DNA from: Bugula neritina
Lineage: Eukaryota > Animalia > Bryozoa
DNA: 64,000 nucleotides
Assembly: GCA_964035545.1 (NCBI GenBank)
Contig: OZ037768.1
Coordinates: forward strand, 19,947,700 to 20,011,699
Direction: 5' to 3'
The translations under genes and the position numbers were made by a program. This document shows, piece by piece, positions 28,301-43,300 of the stretch. The number at the start of each line of letters is the position of its first letter. Position 1 is the stretch's first letter. The notes below the pieces were generated by a model. That model was given only the letters and a program-made list of their open reading frames with translations, searched no databases and had not been told where the DNA came from.

Positions 28301-31300
28301 ATAGCCAGTCAAATTTTAAAGTGGTTTGTTTTTTTTCAGGTATTCTCGATCAGCAATTTGATGTCTACTCATCAGTGGATGAAGAGAGAAGCTGTTGGGG
28401 AAAAACTCCATTAACTTGTGCATCTATGTTTCTTGTGTTGAATGAAAGTACACTTGGTCTGTTGGAAGAATCTGTGTTGGCTAGAGTAGTAGCTGTAGTG
28501 TCTGAATCTTCTAGACTAATACTTGAAGAAGTACTGATATTTGGTGAAACTCCTTCAGGTATGTGTATTGATTAAATGGTTTAATTTTCTTGGACTGCAA
28601 CCAAATAAATTTTAATGGACTTTTAGCTGTTTTGCATTAGATTTCAAAAGCCTTTAAATATCTAACTGCAAGTGAAGTATAACTGTTCAGCTTTTCCAAC
28701 TTGATCTTCTTAGCATTGTTGACATGTTGTTTTCAGAGAATCTAGCACTAGGGAAACCTACAGCAATGAGATCTACTGCTGGAAATGAAGCTAGACTTGC
28801 TGTAGATGGCATGTGGAGTACATTTTGTCAAAGCGACAGTCTCAGTACCCAATGGTGGATGGTGGATCTAGAGAGGTTGTATCTGATCAGTGAGATTGTT
28901 GTTTTTTGGCACCAAAACCAAACAGGTCTGTTGCAAATGTTTACTTTAGAAAGCATTTCAAAATATCTACATGCACAGTGGTTTTTTGTTCATTAAAACT
29001 AATTTTGTAGGAATATATTCCACTTTCTGATTTCCCAGCACAAACTAAACAGAAACATTTGTCGAATATGGACATGATTTGCAACAACTGCTTTTGTTGA
29101 ATTTGTTTTTTTTTTCTTTCAACAATCAACTATTTGTGAATTTCAGTCACAGATTCTGCTCCACTAATTTATATAACAACATCTTGGGACAATGCAACTG
29201 GAAATATGTCCGACTTTATCTGGAATGATGACTTCACAGAGTCTTTGCACCAGCCAGCAATTAGTTATTTTAGATACGAGAAATGGAGCCTGTCCAGAAG
29301 AGTGAAAACATCTGTTGGCTTTGGTTTTGGAGTTCACATTAGAGAAGTCTTGGTTTTTGGTGGTGGTGAGTTGTTTTCTGCAACATATATGATGTATGTT
29401 ATACTCGTGCATTTTAAATATCTTGCATTTTCCTTGTCTTTGATGTTAATCTGTTTATGTATGGATGAGAAAAGTTTTGTAGCTTGTTCTTTTAATATTT
29501 TGCTGTGCTTTTTCAATAGTACAAGTTTGGATGTTTTTCTTGCAAATATTTCACTGTGACCCTACAATATTTTTTTAGATATCAGCAGTGTATGCCTGAT
29601 AGAGGATATTGATTCTAACCTCCCTGAAGTTCATGTTGATAGTAAGATTATGCTAGAGTCAGTGTCTGACTATATCCGGCCGGGAGAGAATATTTCTCTT
29701 GTCTGTCCTCAAGGTCAAGGTTTCAACACATCGTCTCAAGATCTCTCATTGGTTGAAACTCTTGCTTGCCGGTATGTTATTCAATGGTTAATTGTCAATT
29801 ATTAATTTTATTTAATTTTTGTCATATTTTAGTATTAATTCGCTACAATTTTTACAACATGCCCCACAATTTAGAAGTCTATTTATATTATTAATTTTCT
29901 ATATTAGTATATATTTATCTCCTATAATGATCTAGCTGTAACAACTATATAACCTATTTTCTTATTGTTAATTTTTAGGGAAGGAACGTGGATAAGTCAA
30001 ACTGGAGCTTTCAGTTGCATGGGTAAAATAACAAGTCTTTCTTTTACCTTTTTTATCTCATCACAATTGTTTACAAAATCAAAAGGTGTTAACTGCGAAT
30101 GGCTGTGTTAGTAATATATATACTCAAATTACAGATTTTACTGATTTTGTACTTGTTTCTAGAAATAGCCTGTGAACCACCATCAAACAGTTCACTGTAC
30201 GAGTACTCTGATGGCGTGACAATAGATAAATTGATGCCTTTAAATCAGACTCTACTGCTAACATGTGATAATGGGATATCATATGAATCTCAGTGCAGTA
30301 GAAATGGTAACACGAGAATTGGACAGTGGATTCCCCCTCTCACTTGTGGTACGGTTTTTAGGCTTCTGCTAATGGAAAGTGTCTGAAAACATGATTTTTG
30401 TAACTTTGAGACTAGAAACACGTCTGCAATAATTGGTTTTACAGACTACCAAGAATGCAGCTGGTTCAGTCAACCTGATATATGGGAAAGAGAATTGGAG
30501 AAGTTTAGAATTGATAGAAAACAAGAAAATATTATTCTCCTTCATAACTCTGTGGTATTTGATTGTATGGAGGGTTACCATGGTAACACGTCTGAGTATA
30601 TCTGCATGATGTAAGTCATTTTACAAGTGGTACCTTATGAAATGGGTTGTGTAATAATTTATATGTATGTATCGTCATATATGTGTTGCTGCTTCTAACC
30701 ACTAGCAAGACTCTTTTAATCTTCATTAGATTATTTTACTCTTTCTTGCGATTTTCTTCCACTACCCCTCATTTTACTTGATGGTTACATATTTGTACTT
30801 ACAGTGATTCCTCTGGTCTGGTTTTATTGGCACCTGTTCATCAAAGTTATGACCCTTGTATCGGTTTGTATTAATTGCTTGTCATTACTTTTTTCATATC
30901 CAATTATTATTTTGTTGAAAATTTTGTTTAATATTTTGATTTGGATATTGTTAGCAATTTTCACTTCAACTTTATTGATTAGCAAATCCTTTTCTTGTGT
31001 TTTGTAACTGCTTGCTAATTTTAAATTATTCCAATATTTACAGTGAATTTGTGTCCTGCGCCATCTGTTGCTCACTACACTGGTTACACCAAACAGTATA
31101 CTGCTGACTGTATAAATGGTAACTCATGTCAAGTTGGAGAGACTGTGGAACTCAAGTGTACAGATGAGGAAACAGAAACTCTGAATAAACACATCTGTGA
31201 GAGTTCTTCTAATCAGACAGACTGGTTCCCTCAGTCTACCTGTAGTAAGTTTTTGTTTCGTTTCAGGTTTTACTTAATATTTATGCAATAATACATCTGT

Positions 31301-34300
31301 AAAAATATATGCTTTTCGTTGTGTATGGAATTTATATTCACTTTGATCTTTTAAAAAATTACAATAGAGAATGGTAACAGATAAACTGAATGGTTAAAGT
31401 CTATGAATTGTAGTAATGTTCTGCTATCCATAACAATAGCTATACTGCTATACTATCATTGAATAGTCCCATGTCCTATTCTTTTAGACACCCATTGTGG
31501 TCTACCTCCGAGAATCTATGGTTTAGACTGTACAAATAACATACCTATGGAGTTGAACTCAGAACATCAGAAGTTTCCCAACAGTACGAGAATAGAATGT
31601 TCATGTCTTGCTGGTTTTGAACCAGTTAATATATCTCAACTTATCTACCTGACTTGTGATGGTGAAATTGGTGAATGGCTTCTTTCTTCCGTCAACAATT
31701 GCATCGGTGGGTCATAAGTGATTTTATTATGAGCTGCTTGAATGCTCTGCTCATTCTGTTTTTATGAGCATGATTATTCTTTGAATCAGGAGGAGATGGT
31801 TTGATCCGACAGCGGATCTGAAATTTGTGAAAAAGATTTTGAATCATGAATCAGTTTGAAATTATCTTTTAGGACCAGTCACTGATTTATTTTAGTAGTT
31901 TTTAGAATTTTATAATAATCTTTATTTTTACTGCAAAACCATGCTATTCTGTGGCTGTATAGTGGTAGTTTAATGCTATGGCAAGTCTCATCTAATAATC
32001 AATAATGGATTTGTGTAGTGATGACTGAAGAAACATGGTCAGCCAACAGTTCTCAACTGCTGTATGCTAAACTAGATGAATATCCAGTGAGAGCTACAGT
32101 GTGCAATGCTGGGTTTTACATGGATGTGTCATACCCTAACAGACACCTTGTGTTTGATGTCACACCAGCTGAGGATATTGAAGAGACAGAAGTCACATGC
32201 TTGCGTATGTTCTGTTTGTATGAATGATCAAACATTGTGCAAAATCTAATTCTTTTATTTACTTATTTATTTACATAATGTTTGTTTAGGTTGTATAGGT
32301 TTTTCAAGTAAAAAATTTCAACACTGCAATTATGCCCTATAAATGTGTACTTGCACTGATTTAGGTTTATATTAACTTTCCTACAGTCTTATGTGGCAGT
32401 TATTGAAAAGTTTGTTTGAGCATTAAATAAAATGGAGGTTCTGTTTGTTTTTACATCTGTGGTTTGAGTATTAATTTTAACGGAATATTTCAACACAATA
32501 GTTCCACTCTCTATAAAGTACTTGTAATGTTGTCTTGATGTTTAGCTGGTTGTGATATAAATGACATACTCTCCATGGACACCAATCTCACTGCCGAACC
32601 TTTTAAGCACTCCTATGGGCCGAACGAAGAGCTAGTTGTTGACTGTGGAAATGGTAGTAAATTATCTGGGCTAGAGAGTAAGTACATTTATAATTGTTAT
32701 AGTATGTTGTTTTATTATGTTACTTCATGTGCAATATAATATAGTGTTTTTATACTCATTTATATTATTACTATTGCGTTTTTCTATCTCATTGCACAGT
32801 CTGGGAAAGAATTATAAAATGTGTAAAAGTTGAAGTTTATGATGTCCAAACTGGTGTTAATGTGACAGAACTGAGATGGAGTGATCTTCCTTTAACATTC
32901 AATTGTACAGGTGAGACTCTTTATATGTTTTACGTTCAATCTCTTACTTCTGGTGTTTGTTATGCTTTCATCTTATGAAGTGCAAACACCACTGAACATC
33001 AATTTTGTTTTGTGAACCAATAATCAAAGTTATAATTTTTCTTTCAGAGTCTGTAAATGATTCAACACCCCTTCCAGCTGGCATCAAGTGAGTTTATATT
33101 TAATCATAATTTACTTTATTTTGTTGTTGTAGCGTATAGTGAATATTGTTTGCCAGGAAAATATAATAAACATGATTAACTTGCAATGTTGAACATAAAC
33201 TTTTGCAGGACATTTGAACCAATTATATATGCTGGTAAGATGCTTTAAATTATTGTTTGCTCTGCAAAAGCTTCTGGGTTTTGCTCTTTGCTCCTGACTT
33301 GTACTGGTGATTCAATAACTAAAGTATAATGAGCTAACTATTAATTTATTGAAACTGGTATATATTTGTTACTGTAGGCGACATAAAGCTGGCTATTGTA
33401 TCAGTTGGCGATATAATGGTTAGTTCTAGCGGAGAATACAGAAGTCAGCTGGTTGACTACAGGCTGGATTACATTTGGCAATCACAGGCAACTTACAATC
33501 AATGGGTCATGTTGAATTTAAGAACTTTCATCTCTGTTATCACAGTTCGACTTTTCTTCCCTAATGAAGATGGTGAGTTTTTCTATCTTCTCTGTCAATC
33601 GTATTCAGTTTTCTAGTGTTTTAGCTCAAATCACTGTTTGGGTCAGTTATTAGTGTCAGTATTAGGCCTATACATGGTTGTATTTCACATACTACATATA
33701 TTTTCTATATATCTACCCTACAATATTAGGAATACCACAAGTTGAGACGTTGTCTATCCTATCTACACTCTCCTCCAATGATCAAACGCCCGATTTTGAT
33801 GATGGCTTCTGGGTAAAACATTTCTACTCGGAGCAACCAATCGGTGGTGACATGAAAGACTTCAACTTTAATGTTGGAACTGTTAGATGTTACAAGATAG
33901 CTCTGCATTCAAACAGCTCCCAGGGACTTGCCTTAAGAGAGATTCAGGCATACTATTTAGGTATAGATAAACTGGCTGACACTTGCCTGTATCCATAGTC
34001 TTTTTTAGAACCTTTAAAAAACCTCCCTTTACTATACTTTTTAATTGTGCATGTCTCGCAATCAAATATTTTTTATTTTTAGCTAATCTGCTTCATATAA
34101 ACTCTACCGCTGTTAGTAGCACCTCAGTTGGAAACTCTACCGCGAAAAATGTTATCGATGGAGTAGCTGTTACATCAGATCATAATTCCTATTTTAAGTC
34201 TTTGGCTGGGAGACACCCTTGGCTAGCTTTGTATCTTGGTGATCGATATTTCTTGATAGACATCGCATTGGTGTTAAACAGCAATGGTGAGTATAAGCGC

Positions 34301-37300
34301 AGTTGGAGTTTTCTTGAAAAGTTTTACACAAAAACACACGGACATCTTACCAATATTTTGTAATCATTATATGTTTTAGATATAACTGTTACGAACACCT
34401 CTCTCTTCTATAAGCTGGATATAGATACTTCAGCTATTTACGAATCAGGAAACAGTATGTGGACTGATATTGGTTCCTTAAGTGTAGACTCACCAAATAT
34501 TCTGATAGTCAGTCACCCTGTGGAAGTGTTTGCTAGTCACCTGGCTGTGGTTGGACAGAGTAATTGTAGTCTTATTATTAATGAGATAATGGTGTTTGGT
34601 TACACTCTCAGTAAGTCACAGCTATCTTGTTATTTGTTTGACTGTTGTTTTAGTTGAGCCTATTTTACCGTGTTAGCTGATCAAATTTGTTCAGTACTTC
34701 ATCATTTGATTATAGTATTATGAATATCTTACAAATTCAATGAGTCAGAGCTGAGTGTTATAACATTGTACTGATCTGATTTTTTGTTCATTTACAACTC
34801 AACTTATGTTACAGAAAACTTTGCTGGTGATGGTGAGACTATGCAGAGTTCAGAAGAATTGGTGGGAGTAACTGGAGCTGAGAATGCGGTTGACGGTCTG
34901 ATATTTCATGAAAGTATTTATTCTCAAACAGAATCAGGTGGACATCAATGGTGGAGAGTGGATCTGTTGGCTCTACGCAGAGTTTATTTCATTGTCATTT
35001 ACTCTAGTGTGGCAGGTAGGTGGTTGTTTTATTGCTTTTGCAAGGTTTTGCATTTCTCATCATTGCAGTAATAGTATATCTAGTAGTTTAATGTTTTGTA
35101 GTTTTCTTGTGCAATTGTGCCATTTTATTTCAGATTCTCCAGCATCCAATATCCAAGTATTGGGTAGTCAAGGTGTAACTGCTGCCAACCCACATCTGTA
35201 CAAGAATACATGGGCTATAGAGTTATATAATGGCATAGCATCTGTATCTCAATATCGTGCCATTCACTTGGATCAGTCTAAACTACTTCGCCATGTTGCT
35301 ATACTATCTGAAGAGGATGTTGGCTTACTACTGACTGAAGTAGAGCTCTATGGAAATGGTGAGTATTCTTGTAGGGAAATGGCCGCTCTATATTATGAAA
35401 CATTTTCACTATTTCTCTGTATTAATATCTGTAAGTACATTATTACTGGTTGATACAATGGTGACATAGCGCTTTATGTTATTCAGCTTCGGGCACATAA
35501 CATTCAATCTTATGACTGCATACTGCACGCTACGTCAATAGTTAGACTAAAGTTTTATATAGTTGTATAAAGTTAAATTACTTTTATTTCTTAAAATAAT
35601 TTATTCTAAGCCTACACTACGATGTCAATGTTTTCTTTTTCAGTTTAAAATTATTCAATTTTAGATAACACCTGTGTTTTCAAACTTGGTGAAGAAAGCT
35701 ACGCTAATTTAGCTGATGATGCTACAGACTTTAGACGGAGATATCCTGGAGAGTCCTTTGAACTAAAGTGTCCTCAGTCTATGTCAGTTGTTTGTCCCAA
35801 CTGTTCAGCTACAGTGAAATGCTCTCTGAATATTGATAGTAGTACTGGTGTATTTGACATGTTCTGGAATGTAACAGAAGAACAGAAACTTTACTGTCAA
35901 GGTACTGTGGCTCATCCTCTTCTGCTGGTTTGATTGTAATTATTATAGCAAATTGTGTCCTAATATTATAGTGAGCATTTAATTTCGTTGCCATGTTGTC
36001 TATCAAACAATATTTTATATTTTTATATCTTACTGAGTATCATGTAAATGATGGGTTTTTCAATTCCTTAGATCATGTGATTTGTGATCCCAAGAGCTTG
36101 AACTGGTCAGAGATGGGTTTACCAAGTTCTGTGAAACCACTCAGTTCTGTGAATTTTGTTTTATCTGGTACTAAGTTGTCTTACCAATGTGGCTCTGATA
36201 AGATTGGAATATCTGCTAGTGGAAGGATGTTGATGTTTGGATCAATTGTTTGCAGGTAAATTTTTTAGGGACTTGTTACACAGACATCAACTCTCAATAT
36301 TAAATAGAAATGATTGCATACAATAAGATATAACTAGATACATGAGTGTCCTGTTTCCAGTTCTGAAGGATTATGGATTGCTGGTGACCCGGAGAACACA
36401 ATTACCAGCTGTATTAATCGTACCACATCAGAAATTAACCTGGCTATTAATAAAACTACAGACATTAGTTCCATCTCATCTGGGAATCTTTCATATTTTG
36501 TTGATGGATTATTTGATACTTCTGGAAGTTCTGTCGAGATTCTGTCTACAGACAGTGAAGCTAACCAGTGGTGGAAGATTGACTTATTTGCTATATATGG
36601 TATCCGTGAAGTCATTCTCTATGGCTCTAATGGTAAGGCTTCATGCTTACATATAATTAACTACAGAACGCCTGATAAAATGTTAGTGTAATTCTGTAAC
36701 ACCTTTCATATCCAATTTCTAGACACACTGCACACCATTCAACAACTACAAATACTGACATCTGTTGCCACATACCCTGACAGTGTGCCTTCGGTTAATA
36801 GTGATTCATGGAACTCAATACATGTATGTGATGGACCACCCACACATTGGGTTGTCAATGTGCAGTTTACATATAGAGCACCTGCTAGGCATGTCGCTCT
36901 GTTGTCTCTTTATGATGAAGGATTTGGTCTACAGGAAGTAGAGATTCTTGGGACAGGTTAGTGAATTGGAATACAGGTTCAGGTATGCTAATACCTCCTA
37001 ATTTCTACAGAGATTTAGATTTCCTGAAATTGTTATTAAGCTGTGAAGTTGTATTGATTTGTGGTGATTATTTTCTTAGAGAATCTTGCTATTTCGAGAC
37101 CAACAGCAACTAGCAGCATGTCAGCACATAGCTTCTTCGCAGTTGATAGTTTCATTGGGACTTATGGGCTTTTTGCATCTGAACTTGGCGAAGGACAGTG
37201 GTTTATGGTGAATCTGGTGAATCAGTTTTATCTCGGATCTGTCTTTATTTACACCAATGGTTTGTATACGTTCAACACTAGAGCTTACTCTCATCTTTTC

Positions 37301-40300
37301 TATGTTTATACTTTTTATTTACTTTGAATTAAAGATATCTTTTAAATTGGTTAGCCTTGCTGCACACATTTTAAAAAACATTTAATTTGTTTAGGATTAT
37401 CTATGGATGATGCTATTCTCTACACACTTGATGAGTTGCATCCAAAACAATGGAATGTTGATCCTTCTTTATGGCCAAATAACTTCACCCTCAGCAAATC
37501 TTCAGCAAGTGTTTACTATGTTGTGCTCAACAGGATTTTAGTGCAAGGGTTAGCTGTTTACAACAAATTGGAAGATAGACTGGTTATAGAAGAGATTGTA
37601 GTCTTTGGATTTCCACCTTCAGGTAATAAAGCCTTTCCTATACTTTTCATGCTGATTACAAACCAAATTGGGCCAATAAACTGTTAAGCCAATGTTTACT
37701 TGATCTAACTACTTGGATGACAATTTTGATGAAATGTTTCCTTAGCTATGTGTATGGTATCGGATATCGGCCTGTCTTTACCTGAGTTGGATGTAGAGAA
37801 CAGACTTTTACTTCAAAACATGAGTTTTCTGGAACCCGGAGAAGAATTATCTGTTTCTTGCGCCAGCGGCAAAAGTCCAAATATCACTCAACTGGATCAG
37901 CCATTTGCTGAAAACATTAAATGCCGGTATGTTCCCCTAAGTGTCAATTTCAGTAAATTTTTCATTACCAATTGTAGTTGATGCCATCCTTTATTTAATA
38001 TTTAATATTGTTTGCCATCAACCTGAAGTTATAATAGAAGAGTACATTATTAACAGTGACCTTGTTATGTGAGCTCTTTATTATGTGAATCTCTTGTATA
38101 CATATCACTAGTTTGTTCATATTTTTAGTGGAAATAATGTGTGGATCAGAGGAGAACTGGTCTTAAAGTATGAATGCATGGGTAAGATATGTTTAATGGT
38201 TACACACTCATATGTATTGTATTGTATTGACACTATGTAGTTTGATGCTCTCTGTCTGAATGCCTTACTCCTTTATGATGTTCATGTAAAGCCTGTGTCC
38301 TCAATAATTTATATCTGTCTATAGATATAGCCTGTGAACCACCATCAAACAGTTCACTGTACGAGTACTCCGGTAACGTCACAATAGATAATCTGATACC
38401 TCTAAATCAGACTCTACTGCTAACATGTGATAATGGGATATCATATGAATCTCAGTGCAATAAAAATGGTAACATGAGAATTGGACAGTGGATTCCCCCT
38501 CTCACTTGTGGTATGTTTTTGCAATATATTTTCAAATTTTATAATAGTCACTCAAAATTAATTTTGGCTCACAGTCATAAGAGTCAATTATTTATGATTT
38601 AGATCAATAATTTAAAGTTTAAATGTCATGCGTTATTTACAGAAAATCAAACCTGCAGCTATAACCAGCAGCCATCTGTTTGGGGCGAGGAACATGAAAA
38701 GAATAGAGAATATTTGGCAAGCAATGACAGGTTGTTGGTTGGAGAATCTGCTACATTCCGATGTTCAGAAGCTTACGTTGGTCAGCCTGTTCAGTATACT
38801 TGTACTGTGTAAGTAGGATCTCCTAAAACTATAGCATGTGAAGTTTTTCTTACTTGTGGTTGTCGTCATTAACTGCCAATTTTGTGTCTTTTGTAGTAAC
38901 GCTCATGGCAATGCAGAATTGCAACCCAAATCCAATGAAACGGTTCCACCATGCAGAGGTATGTATTCTTCAAATTTTAATTCATGTGAAAAGAGTTTTT
39001 GCAGAATGCTTATGGTAATGCAAAATTGCAGTCCATTTCAAATGAAGTGATTCCAACGTGCAATAGTAATTTATTTTTGAGTTTTACCTTAATTTATAGT
39101 TTATGTGTATCGAGGTATTGTTTACTAGCCAAAGTCAATGTGTGTATTTTGTAAATGAATAGTTTTTCTGCACGTTTTACCCACTTTTTTCAGAAGTGCG
39201 CTGTCAAGCACCTGCTATAAGTACAGACAGTCACATAACATACAGTCAAACACTTGACTGGGAGTGTCATCAGAATGGAGGTTCTTGTCAACTAAATGAA
39301 AGAGTTAAAGTCTTCTGTTCACATGATGATACGACTCCAACTCATCATTTCTGTCAGTTATCAGATAACAACACTGCTGAGTGGTTTCCTTCGTTCTCTT
39401 GTGGTGAGATATACTTCGTCTATAATTATTTATTCATGCTTGGAGGAACGCAGCAAATTGCTCGGGCGTGATGTAGATTAGAAAAAATGCATGCAAAAAT
39501 GAATGAACATCAATGAACACGTTGCCGCTAACATGTCAGTCGCTAGCAAAAAAAAACTTGCTCTATGACTGTGACCAAAAATAGATAAATATAGATAGCT
39601 GTAGCATCTTGACATTTTATCAAACTTATTATGTTCATGGAGATTGTCTTGCCTCTGGTACATGAAGTTAGGTGGCTGATTCATTTCATTGACTTTAATA
39701 TGCATAATAATTACTGCTGATCTTTAAATGAAAAGTTTTCATGTTGAGTAACTGAAATATGTATTTTTAGAAAACAAGGAGTTATCCTGTGGAATTCCTG
39801 GTGATATCTTTGGTATGACATGTACAGATTCTACTTTGTCAGCTGACACTCCTGACTGGCAGCGTTACCCTGATGGCACAGAACTTCCTTGTAGTTGTCA
39901 GTCTGGATTTCATCAAGGTGAGCAAAACTGGGACGTATTTACTATAAAATTTTTCATTAAGTAACTTACACTATGGTTTCCGATCAAATAGCTTTTCAAC
40001 AATCTGAATTTGTTGCAATTTCTTTACTTTTAGTTTCTGAAGAGCCAATCATTGTATGTAACGGAACAAGCAGGCAATGGACACCAACATATGAAATGCC
40101 TTGCATTGGTAAATATACTGAATACTCCTGCTTAAGTGTTTTCAATCATATGTAAGCAGTATTTTTTATTTAAATGTGGCAAAGCTTTGATGATGTCTTA
40201 AAGTCAGAGGTAGCTTATTCCAATTGCTAGACATCTGGTAGGACACTTGACGATGACCTGCTGCGGAGGTAGAGAGAGGTAAGGGTAAGGAAAGTTCAGA

Positions 40301-43300
40301 ATGTCTGGTGAGGTAAGTTGGTGGTTGTTTGGTGAGATAGAGTATAATAAGCTGAATGACCAAGAAGACATAGGCGGTAGATATACAAGAGATCAATAGG
40401 AAGAATTTCTGCTTTGATAAATAGAGGTGACGTGTGTTCAGTAGGTGATTTGTGGAAAATAATGCGAATAATGCGTTTTTGAATTAAAAGCAACTTGTTC
40501 AGATGGGTTTTAGGGGCATTTCCCCAAGCTTCTAAGCAATATGTAAGTTTGCTGTTTATCAGACTGTTATATAATAAAATCAAAGCTTTGTATGGTAAAA
40601 ACTTTGAAGCTAAGTATATCATACCAGTTACTTTGTTGAGCTGAGTCCTTAAAGAATTTATATGAGCACACCAGTTTAAGTTAATGTCAATGTTTGTACA
40701 GCTGATACCAACCTGTCAAACCTAACAGAAGATTCAAAGTCGCAGCTAATCAGTTTAGACAATGGACTTCGTCTACTTGTGGAATGTAATGAAAATAGCT
40801 CCATGTCACCATCTTATCCTTCTAGAAGGGAACTTCTTGAGGTTCAGAATTTGACAGATTCTCCTATCAACTGTTACAGTAAGTGAAGTCATTAACTTGC
40901 AGCTGAAGTAAAACTGGATGTTGATTATGGAATACTTTTACGTCTTCATGTTTACAGTTTCTATAAATGTCACCAACTTTTAATTTATAGCCGGATGCCA
41001 AGCAATTGATATACAGTCAGCAATTCAATATTCACGGTTAATTCCCCATCACCGTGTTTATTCCGTTGGAGCTGAAGTTGTAATAGGTTGTCAGGAGGGG
41101 AAAGCAATAGACAATGAATTTGGTAAATACTTTTGCACATTAGCTTATGGGCGATATTGTGTATTATATTATGTGTAATGTATCTATTGTATTAGAATAA
41201 TATTGTGTTTATTGTTTCTTAGGCTATGTTGTTGCTAAATGCGAGCTGACTGCAAATCAAGCAGTGGAATGGTCATTTCCTTCTAACCTGTCTTGTAAAA
41301 GTAAGTTTTTATGTTCTTTGATTTCATCAACAAAATATGAATTCCGCATATAAATTACTCTTGAATCATTCCAACTGTTTCAGTTGCTGAGTTTACATCA
41401 TTATTTTTTAGACTTCATATTTCATTCATCATCAACAACAACTTTAAGGAATCACAAGTAAGATAAAGCAATTATATTATATTTTTTGTAAATATAGTCG
41501 ATTTTGTGTGTACATTTTTGATTTTTCTATTATGCAGTCACATAATTTCTCTGTCACATTTTACAAACTTTTTAGTTCATATGTTGCAAAAGTTTATGAC
41601 TCTTTGGTATTTGTAGGAACCTTGGGCCACTAGAGTTTTCAGGTTTGTTGGGTTCATTTTGAACACGTTTACAAGTGTTTGTAATAAAAGCAGACAAAGA
41701 TGCATTTTTTATTAAACAATTACCACAACAAAAATAGTTATCCAATTTGTTCTTAGTCTAAAGGTTGCTCCAACCTTATATCCTGTTTACAACTGTTTCA
41801 TAGTGTGTAACCTTGAAAACAACTCTTCTCTATCAAATTAAAACTACAAAAATATGCAGGTTGTGATGTGTGTACTACATTTCATAGATAAGTTAACAAA
41901 GATAGCTATCCAAGTAGAAGTCAGTTCAAATGCCGGTCATAAAAACAGATTAACCGACACTGCTCTGAGCAACTCCTGGGTTTCTGAAGCTACTTCACAA
42001 CAATGGCTTATGGCAACATGGACTGGGATATATTCTGTAACCGTTATTAGACTCTACTTACCCAGGATGCTAGGTAAATCAGTTAATTCATAAATCAGTG
42101 GATGTTTTACAAGTAACAATAGTAACCTTTATGTTTCAATTATATTTCTACATGCAATTTTGATGTTATAAAAGAATACTATAATGGTTTATTGACCTTT
42201 CGTGTTATGTCTTGCACACTTTTGTTGTAGCTAACATTCATGTGATGTCCACAATGGTATCCAACACTACAGACCCACCTTCTATAAACAGTAATAGTTG
42301 GATAGTAGATGAATTCATAGAGGGTGCATTTACACAGAATATTACAGACCTCCACTATGATGTAGGAGATGTACAGGGATACGCCATAGCTCTTCTGTCT
42401 GGATACAGTGAAGGGTTGGGAGTGAAAGAGCTAGAGGTTTATGGCATTGGTGAGATTCAGACTAATTTTGTTATGAAATCAAATGCCATGTACATGTTAT
42501 ATGCCGACAAAGTGACAGACTAATTTTATTCCAGTTCAAGTTGCAAATTCAGGTTCCCTCTGTTTTCTGGTTGTATAATATGTTAGTATTGTAGGTAACC
42601 TGTTGACCAAACAACATTCCGTGTCGTCTAAAAGCGGAAATCCGAACTTTGCAGTAGATGGATTGTTAGTGAGAGTTCCAGAAATTACATCTGTGTTCAG
42701 ATCAGATCCTGGTCTGAATGAGTGGTGGTCTGTGTTTCTTAGAGATGTCTACCAGATTGGTGTTATATCTGTCATCAACACTGACAATGGTGAGATCGAA
42801 GATCTCGTTCTCACAAACTTGTTTCTGGACATATCAATATCTACTACTTTCTGTGCTGCTTTACATGCTAGTCGTAACGCTCTTTAGTTCATGTTAGGAA
42901 TAGAACTTTAATTGTTTTGAGTCATCAGTTAACTGAATCGATATTAATATATACATAGCTTATCCGTTTAACTGTGCTACAAGGTCACCTAGCTACATAT
43001 GATAAGATGACAAACAATAAAACAAATAAAATCAAATTTTCAGAACTGGAGCTACCGATAAAGATTCTGATAGCAATAAGCACCAATGAAACACTAAATC
43101 CATCACTAAATGGTTCTTGGAAAGAAGTTCATGTTCAGGAGAGACCAGTTTTACATACATTGACTGTGAAATATTCTCCTACAATCAGTGCCTCACACAT
43201 CGCTCTGTTACATGAAGGAAATGGCACTTTGGTTATAGATGAGGTCATAGTTATTGGTTACAGACTTGGTAAGTGTTTTTACCATAATCAGTTTTAACAA

